Positions 25,560 through 35,140 are shown, numbered from the stretch's first letter. The stretch is DNA of 64,000 nt from Thermoanaerobaculia bacterium (GCA_947259195.1 CAMYLC010000008.1:52694-116693); one strand, 5' to 3'. The notes: a model not told the origin generated them from the sequence alone. Numbers and translations: made by a program.

Positions 25560-28277
25560 CTACCCGAACTTCTCGATCAGCATCTTGTAGCAGGGGGCCT
25601 GACGAAGCGGGTCAAACCTCGGGTCTGCCTCGAGAGCAGGAACAGAGAGCATGCCAGATTGCGATACAAAGACCTCGTCCAGGGCCTCGCAGGCCTCAGC
25701 ATTATTCTCCAGAATCGTTTGAGTCAAAGCCAACCCGAAGACCTTGGCCGGACCTTCCAACGCATCTGCCGCGATCGGCTGCAGCCTGACGGCACGTTTC
25801 GCCTCCCGAACGGCCTCCTCCTCCCGACCCAGCATGGCGTAGGCCTGTCCGAGAGCGGCGTGCATTCTCGGGTCGCCAGGGTTGGCCAGCACTTCGGCCT
25901 CGATCGCTGACGCGGCCTCCTCGGCAGCTGCCCAGGCCTCGTCTTGCCGACCCAGTCCCTTGAATGCATAGGCTCGATTCAGGTCCGTGGGAACGGCGTA
26001 GAACTGGTTCGAGTAGAAGTCCTCCTGCATTCTGGCCAGCGTTTCCAGACACTCTTCGAATCGTCGGTCCAAAAACACATAGAAAGTGTGCAACACCCCG
26101 ATCGATTCGATCCCCAGGTCAGCGAACGGTTCGACCAGCTCCGCCGCACGACGAGCATCGCCCTTCCAGAGCCACCAGTTCCAGGCCCGCCAGGTCCCAG
26201 CCCCGACGGAGTCTGGAGCCATCTCGAGGGTCCGGGTGAGCTGACGGTCAGCTTCTTCGTGCCGGCCGAGCTGCATCAGGGTGGTGCCCAGGGCCCGGCT
26301 CTGCTGGACCGACCTCGGATTGAGCTCGAACGCTCTTTCCTGGCGCTCCAGCGCCTCCTCGAAGCGACCCTGGCGCCGGATGATATAAGCGATGGAGGCC
26401 ATCAAGTCACTGTCGTTGGGGAGGCTCTTCTCGGCGATCATGAACTGCTCGAGAGCCTGGTCGTAGTCCCTCGGTCCCCAGTAGTAGTAATGGCCGAAAG
26501 CTACGTGGCCTTGCGGAAGATCGGGGTCGATCTCCAAGGCTCGCTCTACTGCGGCCAAGGCCTCTTCCAGTCGCTCCTCCGTCCGATCCTCACCGTTGAA
26601 GAACAGCAGGGCGTGCTCCTGCGACAAGGCGGCCCATGCCAAGGCGAATTGCGGATCCATCTCGACCGCCTGCTCCAACATCTGAACAGCCAGCAGTCGC
26701 TCTTCGGAGCGCTGCAGGATCTCTGCCCGCTCTGCGGCGTTGAGGGCTCGCAAGTAGAGGTTGTAGGCGTCCATATTCTCGGTCGGGGCTACGGCACTGG
26801 CTTCCCGATCCCCGTCAGACAAAGCGAAATCGAGCGATCGCAGCACGTTCGAGGCGACATCGGACTGCACCTCGAAGATGTCGTCGATCGTCCGGTCGTA
26901 GGTTTCGGCCCATAGCTGGGTATCGTCCGTTACCCTGATGAGCTGAGGGGTTACCCGCACGCGGCTGGTTCCGTCGGGGTTCCTCGCCCAGCGAACGGTC
27001 CCTTCGAGAACGTAGCCGACACCCAGATCCGCCCCGACCTCCTTCAGCGTCTTCCCTGTGCGGTCGTACTGGATCGCGCTGCTGCGCGAGATGACCCCGA
27101 GATCCGCCACGGTGCCCAGCTTGGCCGAGATCTCCTCGGTCATCCCGGCGGCGAAGTACTCGTCTTCGGCCTCGCCCAAGTTTTCGAATGGGAGGACGAC
27201 GATCTTCTTGCGCTGGACCCCAGGGTCGGCCACGCTTCCAGCACCCGCCTCCGGCCCGGTCACGCCGCCTGTTCCCTTGGCCCGCTGCATCCAGAAGAAG
27301 CTGGCAACAGCGATCAGTCCGACGATGACCAGGACAGGGATCAACCACGAGAGCGTTCCCCTGTTCGGGACTGGCTCGGCTACCGTCACGGCAGGCATGG
27401 CGCCCGTGCTCAAGGGAACCTCGCCCGACTCCACTTCGTCCTTGAGGCCGGCGAGCTCATTGCGCACGTCTTTGGCTGACTGATAGCGCAGGTCCGGGTC
27501 CTTCTCCAAGCAGTGCTTGATGATTCGACCGAGGTGTCGAGGCACCCCCTGGCGAACATCGGTGACCGAGTCGGGGTTGTCCTTGAGTATTGACGAGGCC
27601 AGCTCGATCGAGGACTCGCCCTTGAAAGGCCGCCTGCCCGTTGTCATCTCGAAAAGGAGAATTCCAAGGGAAAACAAATCAGACCGATGATCGATCTCCT
27701 TGCCCTGGAGCTGCTCGGGTGACATATAGGGCGCCGTTCCCATGGCAACCCCTTCTTTCGTCAGGCCTTCGGTGGCGAGCTCGGTATCCGTGTCCGCAAG
27801 ACCCTCTTCCCAGAGCTTGGCGAGTCCGAAATCGACGATTCGGAGGCGCCCGTCCTCGCCCACCATGACGTTGGCGGGTTTGAGGTCCCGATGCACGACA
27901 CCCTTCTCATGCGCCGCCGACAACGCATCAGCGATCGGAATGGTCAGCTCGAAGAGGCGCTCGAGATCGAAACCGTCCTCGGGAATCAGCGCATCCAGGG
28001 ACTTGCCATCCACCAACTCCATGGTCAGGAAATGATGACCATCGGCTTCCTCCACCGAGTGGAGCGTGACGATGTTCGGGTGGTTGAGCGACGCCACCGC
28101 CCGAGCTTCGCGTTTGAAGCGCTCGAGACGATCCGGGTCCGAGGCCAGATGCTCGGGCAGAACCTTGAGAGCGACCCTTCGCCGCAGCTCGGTGTCCTCG
28201 GCTTCGTACACGTCTCCCATGCCGCCCGAACCGAGCTTGCCGGTAATCCGATAGTGAGAGACCGTCGTGCCAATCAT
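25560..28277 (-). CDS. Ser/Thr protein kinase with TM helix, TolB-N-like segment and TPR repeats
   Basis: 905-aa ORF with Hanks kinase motifs GSGGMGDVYEA, VALKVL, HRDLKPANV, DFGLA and APYMSPEQ; a TM helix LIPVLVIVGLIAVASFFW; then KKIVVLPFENLGEAEDEYFAAGMTEEI and multiple TPR-like repeats. Confidence 0.93.
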   Translation of the reverse strand: MIGTTVSHYRITGKLGSGGMGDVYEAEDTELRRRVALKVLPEHLASDPDRLERFKREARAVASLNHPNIVTLHSVEEADGHHFLTMELVDGKSLDALIPEDGFDLERLFELTIPIADALSAAHEKGVVHRDLKPANVMVGEDGRLRIVDFGLAKLWEEGLADTDTELATEGLTKEGVAMGTAPYMSPEQLQGKEIDHRSDLFSLGILLFEMTTGRRPFKGESSIELASSILKDNPDSVTDVRQGVPRHLGRIIKHCLEKDPDLRYQSAKDVRNELAGLKDEVESGEVPLSTGAMPAVTVAEPVPNRGTLSWLIPVLVIVGLIAVASFFWMQRAKGTGGVTGPEAGAGSVADPGVQRKKIVVLPFENLGEAEDEYFAAGMTEEISAKLGTVADLGVISRSSAIQYDRTGKTLKEVGADLGVGYVLEGTVRWARNPDGTSRVRVTPQLIRVTDDTQLWAETYDRTIDDIFEVQSDVASNVLRSLDFALSDGDREASAVAPTENMDAYNLYLRALNAAERAEILQRSEERLLAVQMLEQAVEMDPQFALAWAALSQEHALLFFNGEDRTEERLEEALAAVERALEIDPDLPQGHVAFGHYYYWGPRDYDQALEQFMIAEKSLPNDSDLMASIAYIIRRQGRFEEALERQERAFELNPRSVQQSRALGTTLMQLGRHEEADRQLTRTLEMAPDSVGAGTWRAWNWWLWKGDARRAAELVEPFADLGIESIGVLHTFYVFLDRRFEECLETLARMQEDFYSNQFYAVPTDLNRAYAFKGLGRQDEAWAAAEEAASAIEAEVLANPGDPRMHAALGQAYAMLGREEEAVREAKRAVRLQPIAADALEGPAKVFGLALTQTILENNAEACEALDEVFVSQSGMLSVPALEADPRFDPLRQAPCYKMLIEKFG

Positions 28278-28356
28278 CTGTAGTTCGTGCCCGAGAGATT
28301 GTACTGCACGGGCCAGGCGATGGGATCCCCTGGCCAGAGTGGAGTCCGCCTTGATC

Positions 28357-28884
28357 TCAGTCGGTATCCGGTTGCGGCGTCCACTGCAGTCGATCGCTCG
28401 AGTAGCCCTTCTCCGGCAGCCGGGACAGGATCCCGTCCAGCGTTGCCTTGTCGAGTGTCGGCGTCCGGCTCAGGATCCAGAGGTACTTTCGCTTCGGCTC
28501 CCCGACCACCACCCACTGATAGTCGGGGTCCAGCTCGAGAATCCAGTAGTTACCCCAGAAGGGACCGAAGAACGAGACCTTGAGTTTGGCGTTGGTCTCA
28601 GGGTCGACGACCTTGGCCCTGCCCCGCGCTTCCTTGAGCTTGCCATCGAGAGCACCCTTGTAGCACCGGTTGACCACCGAGATTCCGCCACCCTCACGCA
28701 GGCTGTACTCGGCAGTGACCCCTGTGCAGTTCTTGGCGAACCATGCCGGGTAGCTGGCAATCTCGAACCACGTGCCCAGGTAGCGATCGAGATCGACCTC
28801 TTCGACGACGGGTAGCGGCGGGACTTTCGCCACGGCCGCGACTGCCACAGAGAACATCAGCAGAGCTGCGCTCCAATCTTTCAT
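28357..28884 (-). CDS. blc: Bacterial lipocalin (Blc-like)
   Basis: Trimmed from track ORF 28357..29277 to the ATG at 28884 (175 aa). Signal peptide followed by lipocalin motifs DLDRYLGTWFEIA, YWILELDPDYQWVVVGEP and LWILSRTP. Confidence 0.88.
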   Translation of the reverse strand: MKDWSAALLMFSVAVAAVAKVPPLPVVEEVDLDRYLGTWFEIASYPAWFAKNCTGVTAEYSLREGGGISVVNRCYKGALDGKLKEARGRAKVVDPETNAKLKVSFFGPFWGNYWILELDPDYQWVVVGEPKRKYLWILSRTPTLDKATLDGILSRLPEKGYSSDRLQWTPQPDTD

Positions 28885-28916
28885 TCGTGACCTCCAACCG
28901 GGGTTCGATTCTATCT

Positions 28917-31900
28917 CTACCGAATCGTCACCTGCGTGGTCTCTCCCGCCTCGGTCGTCACGCGCTGGCGCCGCACCACCCGGCCCAAACCGTCGACCAG
29001 CTCGATCAACCAGTCTCCGGCAGGCCCCCCCGGCAACATGGTCTCGGAGCCCATCACGGGCCACTCCGTCAAGACCCGACCCATGACGGGTAATCGCAGG
29101 GGCTCCCCACCTGGGGTGAGAACGCGCAAACTGCCGATTCCAACCTCGTCGCCGAGGGCGCTGAAGTCCACTCGGATTGGCGCCTCGGGAGGCAGCGTCA
29201 CCCTGACTGGCGGTCCTGGCACGGAAACGGGTACCGACACGATGGCTCCGCCTGCCGCTGCCACCAACAGTAGCCAATCACCCGGCGGCGCCGACCTCCA
29301 TCGGAACGCTCCCTCCAAGGTGCCGAGAAGCTGTTCAGAAAAGGCCCCGAGACCCGCGCCATCCACGATCCCCACGCTCACCTCGCTGGGCCGCTGTCCC
29401 GATGCGAGCCACACTTCGAGCTCGAGCTCAGCCGCCCGCTCCAGATCGAGCTCGACGCCGGCAATCTCTCCTCCTGGGCCCGTGTCGACGGAGACCGGTA
29501 CCTGCGAATACCCATCGACTCGCGCCTGGAGAGTCACCGCCTGATTCGCCGGAACCACGATCTCGAACTGTCCAGACCGGGAGGTCTCGGCCTGCAGCAT
29601 CGGGCCAAAAGGGAATCCCGTTTCGCTTCGCACCACCACCGTCGCCCCGGAGATACCCTGCCCCGTGGCTGAATCCAACACGGTACCCGAGATCCGCGCA
29701 CCCGTGACCTCAATGGTGACCTCGGTTACACCCATGACTTGGACGGTCTCGGTATGAGCGATCGAGCCTTCGCCGAAAAGCTGGAGTCTGTGGACTCCAT
29801 CGCGCAAGCCGAGGATCCGAAAACGCCCGGATCCGTCCGTCGGAGCGGAGCCCCCGCTGTCCGTGCCGCTGTGCGCCACGACATACGCTCCTCGCCACGG
29901 CTCGCCGTCGAAAAGGACGACGCCTTCGAGGACCGAGCCTCCGTCGCGAAACTCGAGATCGATCCAGGTCTCACCGCCCGCCGTGTCGAGATCGAAGCTC
30001 TCGCCCACAGCCTGTCCAGTCATCCTATTGCTGGCACCCACCGCACCCTCGGCAAATCCCACATGCGCGATGCGATATTCACCACTTGGATCCACAAATC
30101 CCCTCACCGGAAGAGTCGGGCTACCGCCAGTCGAGTTGGCGAAAACCTCGATCTGCGCCATCTCATCGGGCTCCACCCCCAGGATGCGACCTCGAAGGGT
30201 CCCGCCAGGGGAGAGATAGAGAACATTCCCGCGGGAGTCCAGATCGGTGGCGACCTCTACCGGCTCCGCGGCAAAGCTCCGGGCGTATCCCTCCTTGACA
30301 GCGTTGAGCCGATAGGTCCCCGCAGCCACACCGGCGATCTCGAAGGACCCATCCTCCGTGCTCAGAGTGGTGTGACGCTCGGAGGAGGATCTGCCTGGTT
30401 CATTCTCCAGTCCCACTGCGGCGCCGGAAACGGGTTCGCCTTCCTGGCCGAACACAAAGCCAGACACAGTAGCGCCCGCCTCCAGGACCAGGTCGAGACG
30501 ATTCGAACCCTCCTCGAGGTCCAGCGGCCGTTCCAGTATCGGGTGGTCATCGTGGCGGACCCTGAGCGCCAGGCCATCGGCATGTGGGTCGAGGCCTTCG
30601 ATCCGATACTGCCCCTCCGCGTCACTGCGAGCGCTAGCCACATGGGTTGTATCGAACCAGTAGGCAGTTCTTTCCTCTCGTGCGACAAACACAGTCGCTC
30701 CGGCCACGGGTCGTCCCCTCGAATCCGTCACGGTGCCCGACAACTCGACTCCACGCCGCACCCGAAGGAGTACGCCTGTCAGCTCTTCGCCGGCGACCGC
30801 GACGAGCTCGACAGGCTCCGAGGCGATGTAACCGGCGCCACGGGCCGACAGCTCGAAAGGCCCGGACAGCAGCTGGGTGAGGGTGAAGGAGCCGTCGTCG
30901 CCCGACCTGACGCTCTCTCTCCGCAACCTCTGAGAGAACATACCGGAGCGCGGCCCACTGGCGGCTGCTTTATCGCTCACCTCGATCTTGAGTCCTTCGA
31001 CCGGGCGACCGCGCTCGTTCTCCACTCGGCCGGACACCCTCGCGGCCGGCTCGAGGACGATTTCGACCGGCTCATCGGTAGTGGCACTCAATTGAGGCGA
31101 AATATGAGTGATGAAACCGGGATGCTTCACGGTGATCCCCACTCGGTCGCTGCTGGCCAGGTTCTCGACCACGAAGCGCCCATCGGCGTCGGTGGCCAGC
31201 GGCTCCTGAGAGGCTTCGCCCCATTCCACCGAGGCCAGAGACATGTCTGCCGGGGAGGTGCGCTGAGCCCTGACCTGGGCCCCTTCGATGCCCTCTCCGT
31301 CCTTGGTTCTGACCACGCCCACCAGACTCCAGCCGGGACTCAGCACCAGATCACCCAGGTCGACCTCCCAGTCGGCGGCGGCGAGATCCAGATCGAGCAA
31401 GCGCGTCACCGCGAACCCCTCCTTCGAGGCAATCAGACCCATCGACTGACCAGGCAGGTCTTCGAGTCGGAAGCGCCCGTCGGCATCGCTCGTCGAGGAG
31501 TAGGCCGATTCTTCCAGCAACGAGATATCGTGCATCCACCTCCACTCGGAGACCATCGGTGCCAGTGCGATAAAGGCATCCACCTGCGGCTCGCCACCGG
31601 AATCCACCACGCGCCCTGCGAGCGTGCGACCACGGCCGAGAACAACCTCCACGAGCCGTTCGTCTGCCGGCCGGATCACAGGGCGTGCGGGCGCAAAGCC
31701 TTGAGCTTCAATCAGCAATTCGTAGGTGCGGTCTTCGGATAGCCCGGAGAGACGAAAGCGGCCATCGGCTCTTGTCGAGGTGCGAGGACGCTCGAGGATC
31801 GTAGAACCCGAGGTGTCGATTGGGAACGCTTGCACCAGCGCTGCGCCGACTCCCTCGCCCTGGGCATCGACTACCCGTCCTTCGAGGGCCTCGGCCCGGA

Positions 31901-33035
31901 CCAGCGCCAGGGTCGGCACCTGCAGGGTCTCGGCTTCTCTCCGGGCCAGATCCAGGGCGAGTAGATAGCCGGACTTCGCAGCGCCGATCCTCCACCTCCG
32001 GCCCGAGCCCTGCACCAGCCGGTAGCGTCCCGCCGGATCGGTACGGATGGCATCCCCTGGATCACTCGCAGTCCAGACCCAGGCGCCAGGGGCCGCCCTG
32101 CGGTGCTCGGCCTCGATCACCAAACCCTCGAGCAAAACAGGTTCCGGAAGCGTCAGCTCCTCGTATCCTCCTGGATCTTGGGCCAGCTCTTCGAGAGAGG
32201 CCTGGAGGTTGCCGGTCTCGTACTGGCCCGCCTCCGTGATCAGCCCGAAATCCAGGGACTTGTCGGGACGAAGATAAAACTGTGCCCGACCCTCGGTGTC
32301 GGTCAGGGCCGAGGTCCACTCATAGTCCCCAACAAGAACGATGGTCGAGGCAACCGGTTCGCCTGACGGGGTGACGAATCGCAAGGTCATCGGCCGCCCG
32401 GGCTCGAGACGGACCGTCGCCGCCCGGCCCTTCGCTCTGACCCGCTCGCTCGGCATGAAGCCGGGCGCAAAGGCAGCCACTTCGACCTCGTCGTCGGCTC
32501 GGCGCGACAGACGAACCTTCCCCTCCTCGTCGGTCAGGCCATACCATCCCCGGTCCTGCCAGTCGGGGTTGCGTCGACTGTACTCCCCGCTCTCTCCGCG
32601 CAGCGCCCGCACCCGCACCTGAATTCCTGCGAGTGGACTACCATCGCTGCCCTCGGAGCGCACCTCGATGCCCGTGTCCGCTGCCAGGACCGCCTCCGGC
32701 AGGACCAGGTCTTCGAGAAGCGGCAGCAGCCGTCGCCGCACGGGCACCTTGCCGTCGGCGAGGATCTCCACTTGCCAGAATCCGGCTTCGGGCACCGCCA
32801 GGATGTACTCGCCACCTTCGGAAGTCCGAACCCGTGCCTCGGGTTCCGGATGAACCCGACCCTCGAGAAGCTGCCTTCTGCGTTCGTAGCGCGCCGGGAC
32901 GCGATGCAGCTCGACCTCGGCCCGTACTACCGGTGCACCCGACTCATCGACAACACGACCGCGCACCTCGAGAGCGGACAGAGCACCGCCCGTAAAAAGT
33001 TGAAGCAGAGCAAGACTGGCCAGTGTTCTTCGCAT
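28917..33035 (-). CDS. Giant secreted protein made of tandem carboxypeptidase-regulatory-like (Ig-like) domains
   Basis: 1372-aa ORF with a signal peptide (MRRTLASLALLQLFTGGALSA). At least 13 recognisable ~95-100-aa repeats each begin with a G-R/x-V-x-D-x-x-G-x-P-V-x-G-A-x-V type strand (for example VRGRVVDESGAPVVRAEVEL, LEGRVVDAQGEGVGAALVQA, LSGTVTDSRGRPVAGATVFV) and contain a TD/SDxxGxF/Y motif. No barrel, enzyme or sorting domain seen. Confidence 0.85.
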   Translation of the reverse strand: MRRTLASLALLQLFTGGALSALEVRGRVVDESGAPVVRAEVELHRVPARYERRRQLLEGRVHPEPEARVRTSEGGEYILAVPEAGFWQVEILADGKVPVRRRLLPLLEDLVLPEAVLAADTGIEVRSEGSDGSPLAGIQVRVRALRGESGEYSRRNPDWQDRGWYGLTDEEGKVRLSRRADDEVEVAAFAPGFMPSERVRAKGRAATVRLEPGRPMTLRFVTPSGEPVASTIVLVGDYEWTSALTDTEGRAQFYLRPDKSLDFGLITEAGQYETGNLQASLEELAQDPGGYEELTLPEPVLLEGLVIEAEHRRAAPGAWVWTASDPGDAIRTDPAGRYRLVQGSGRRWRIGAAKSGYLLALDLARREAETLQVPTLALVRAEALEGRVVDAQGEGVGAALVQAFPIDTSGSTILERPRTSTRADGRFRLSGLSEDRTYELLIEAQGFAPARPVIRPADERLVEVVLGRGRTLAGRVVDSGGEPQVDAFIALAPMVSEWRWMHDISLLEESAYSSTSDADGRFRLEDLPGQSMGLIASKEGFAVTRLLDLDLAAADWEVDLGDLVLSPGWSLVGVVRTKDGEGIEGAQVRAQRTSPADMSLASVEWGEASQEPLATDADGRFVVENLASSDRVGITVKHPGFITHISPQLSATTDEPVEIVLEPAARVSGRVENERGRPVEGLKIEVSDKAAASGPRSGMFSQRLRRESVRSGDDGSFTLTQLLSGPFELSARGAGYIASEPVELVAVAGEELTGVLLRVRRGVELSGTVTDSRGRPVAGATVFVAREERTAYWFDTTHVASARSDAEGQYRIEGLDPHADGLALRVRHDDHPILERPLDLEEGSNRLDLVLEAGATVSGFVFGQEGEPVSGAAVGLENEPGRSSSERHTTLSTEDGSFEIAGVAAGTYRLNAVKEGYARSFAAEPVEVATDLDSRGNVLYLSPGGTLRGRILGVEPDEMAQIEVFANSTGGSPTLPVRGFVDPSGEYRIAHVGFAEGAVGASNRMTGQAVGESFDLDTAGGETWIDLEFRDGGSVLEGVVLFDGEPWRGAYVVAHSGTDSGGSAPTDGSGRFRILGLRDGVHRLQLFGEGSIAHTETVQVMGVTEVTIEVTGARISGTVLDSATGQGISGATVVVRSETGFPFGPMLQAETSRSGQFEIVVPANQAVTLQARVDGYSQVPVSVDTGPGGEIAGVELDLERAAELELEVWLASGQRPSEVSVGIVDGAGLGAFSEQLLGTLEGAFRWRSAPPGDWLLLVAAAGGAIVSVPVSVPGPPVRVTLPPEAPIRVDFSALGDEVGIGSLRVLTPGGEPLRLPVMGRVLTEWPVMGSETMLPGGPAGDWLIELVDGLGRVVRRQRVTTEAGETTQVTIR

Positions 33036-33409
33036 CGCGACTCTCCGCGAGAAACCTGCTGGTCTGATGTTTCATGCCCTCACAGGACGATTTCGATACC
33101 TCGTCGGTACGTTCTCGAGAACCGTCCGGTCAAAGGGCCTTATCGGGTACCGACCCGAAGGCTCTAGCTCCTCCCTTGGCAAGTACTGAAGAGGATTCTA
33201 CAGAAACGGCCGCGAGGCGCAGATGCGCATCCCTTTCTTCATCAACATGATCCACCCACCGACAAGAGGATCCTCGGACCCTCGGGGGGCTGCCAGCATG
33301 AGCGAAGGAACCCCTTCCCAGCCCCGGACCGATGAAAAATGAACGCAACACGGCAGCGCCTGTCCTCCGCGGGTCTCGGGGTGAGTCTCATAGCCAACAG
33401 GCTATTTCA

Positions 33410-33437
33410 TTGACAGCCGTCCGCAATCGGCTCTAAT
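33410..33437 (+). promoter_or_regulatory. Candidate sigma-70 promoter for the second PilZ gene (TTGACA-N16-TCTAAT)
   Basis: Consensus -35 TTGACA at 33410-33415, a 16-nt spacer and TCTAAT at 33432-33437, 44 nt upstream of the ATG at 33482. GGGAG lies about 8 nt before the ATG. Confidence 0.45.
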
Positions 33438-33481
33438 CATAGGCATAGCGCGAGGACCGCACCTGACGAGGGAGAACGACG

Positions 33482-33808
33482 ATGACGGAACTTGGACCTG
33501 TCGTAATCGAGCCTGCTCTGAGCGATCGCCACGACCGACCCCGCGACCACACTCGCCACAAGGTCGACCGTGTCAGTCTGGAAGAGCCCATCAAGGGCCG
33601 GATCGTCGACCTGAGCGAGTCAGGACTGGGCATCGAAAGTAGCCAACCGCTCGAAGTTCTCGGGCGCTACGTCTTTCGACTGAGCACCGGCAAGGCACGC
33701 CCTGAGTTTCTGGGCGAGGTCCGATGGTGCAAGCTCGAGTCGCTTGGCTCGAGGGACGGCAAGAAGGCGCCTATCTATCGGGCTGGCGTCGCCCTGCTCG
33801 AGAGGTAG
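33482..33808 (+). CDS. PilZ-domain protein (paralogue 2)
   Basis: 108-aa ORF with RDHTRH (RxxxR) and DLSESG (DxSxxG). Alignable along its length with the 23037..23504 product. Confidence 0.75.
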   Translation: MTELGPVVIEPALSDRHDRPRDHTRHKVDRVSLEEPIKGRIVDLSESGLGIESSQPLEVLGRYVFRLSTGKARPEFLGEVRWCKLESLGSRDGKKAPIYRAGVALLER

Positions 33809-34150
33809 TCGACCTTGACGAAGTGAACCAGGGTGCTGCCGGACCCTGTCTGCATGGCGCGGAATACCACTGACCACATCTTTCCAGACAGCAATGTCTT
33901 TCTGGAGTGCAGGGACTTTCCAGGTCCCGACGACCTTCTGTGCCGCGGTTTCCACGCGCGTAGGCGGTGGATAAGAGGAAGTCAGTTTCAGCAGCAGAGG
34001 TCGCCGATCTTCCAGGAAGGGGGGCAGAGTAGTAGCGATCTGTCGCCCATTGTCGATCGCAATTGGACCACGAGTGGACCATCACAGGGTCCGAGGCAGA
34101 TGCCTCCAATCCTCATCATCCTGTAAGTAGCTGGAAACAGGGGATTAAGA

Positions 34151-34226
34151 TGGTGCCCAGGGGCGGATTCGAACCACCGACACGCGGATTTTCAGTCCAC
34201 TGCTCTACCAACTGAGCTACCTGGGC
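34151..34226 (-). tRNA. tRNA-Phe (GAA)
   Basis: The reverse complement reads GCCCAGGTAGCTCAGTTGGTAGAGCAGTGGACTGAAAATCCGCGTGTCGGTGGTTCGAATCCGCCCCTGGGCACCA. It folds as a full cloverleaf with anticodon loop CTGAAAA and an encoded CCA. Confidence 0.95.
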
Positions 34227-34305
34227 ACGGGGCCGAAGCCCCACCGCGATTTTATAGCCTCAGTGGCTTACCCGAGTCAAGAGTCCCGGCTTACAATAGG
34301 GCTCC

Positions 34306-35097
34306 ATGCGGATCCGAAGAGTCGCCACCCTCGCCATCGCCGGAGCCTCGATCCTCGTCGTTGTCATCAACGCGAGCCCGGCCGTGGCCTGGTCACCAGA
34401 AACGACTGTGGCCATCGCAGAGCAAGCCCTGATTCTTGCCCCGCCCCATCTCGGTCGACAGTTGGAGCGTCACAAGAGCCGGTATCGGGAGGGCGTCTTG
34501 ACACCGTTCAAGCAAAGCGGTGGAACGAAGCAGGGATTGGCGCTGCCGCCCGAGGTTCTCCGCCAGGCCATCGACAGGGAAGCACAAAACGCCATCAAGG
34601 CGATCAAAGGACATGTCCCCTTCGACGAGGTGATCTTGCGCATGGGTGTCGTCGCCAGCTACATGGCGGCCACGAACTATCCTTTGCTCAGCGAGATGAC
34701 CGCCGAATCGCGCCCGGCCTACCTGCTCGACTATCCGGCCTTCGTCGACTCGGCTTTTACCCGCTTCTCGGTGGTCTTCTACGGCGCGGGAAGGCTCATC
34801 GAGAGCAAGGCAGACCTGAAGTCCGTGATCGACGCTGCATTCTCGAGATCCCGTCCCATCCGACCGTTGATCTCACTGGAGTACGACAGGGTCGGAGTAC
34901 CGAACGGACTGGAGCTCTTCGACGACCGCTCGACGGCCTTCGGGATCAGCTCGATGGCCTACAGCCACGCCGTCAGCGACGTCGTAGCGGTTTTGCGCTA
35001 CATTTGGCTCGCAGGCGGAGGCATCGACAGCAACGACCTTCTGCCGTTGGACGAGGACCAGCTCATTCTCCTGAACCCGGGTGGCGAGAACCGCTGA
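34306..35097 (+). CDS. Hypothetical secreted protein
   Basis: 263-aa ORF with a signal peptide ending AVA/WSPETT and a helical body. The mature N-terminal Trp recalls the zinc-PLC / S1-P1 nuclease folds, but the metal-ligand His residues are not evident. Preferred over the overlapping Arg-rich frame 34263..35147. Confidence 0.55.
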   Translation: MRIRRVATLAIAGASILVVVINASPAVAWSPETTVAIAEQALILAPPHLGRQLERHKSRYREGVLTPFKQSGGTKQGLALPPEVLRQAIDREAQNAIKAIKGHVPFDEVILRMGVVASYMAATNYPLLSEMTAESRPAYLLDYPAFVDSAFTRFSVVFYGAGRLIESKADLKSVIDAAFSRSRPIRPLISLEYDRVGVPNGLELFDDRSTAFGISSMAYSHAVSDVVAVLRYIWLAGGGIDSNDLLPLDEDQLILLNPGGENR

Positions 35098-35140
35098 GAA
35101 GCGGCGTCACCCCGACCAGCTTCTCGAGAGGACCAGAGGC

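Noticed and set aside
29739-31742. 667-aa plus-strand ORF antisense to the giant Ig-repeat gene
   Set aside because: This is a shadow ORF in GC-rich repetitive coding DNA. The minus-strand frame shows a regular domain periodicity and this frame does not.
34151-34226. tRNA genes (Phe at 34151, Asp/Val at 50512-50700, CAT at 51800) as integration sites of genomic islands
   Set aside because: No integrase, recombinase, transposase or phage-like ORF lies next to any of them. The flanking genes are housekeeping, and I noticed no duplicated tRNA 3' segment nearby.
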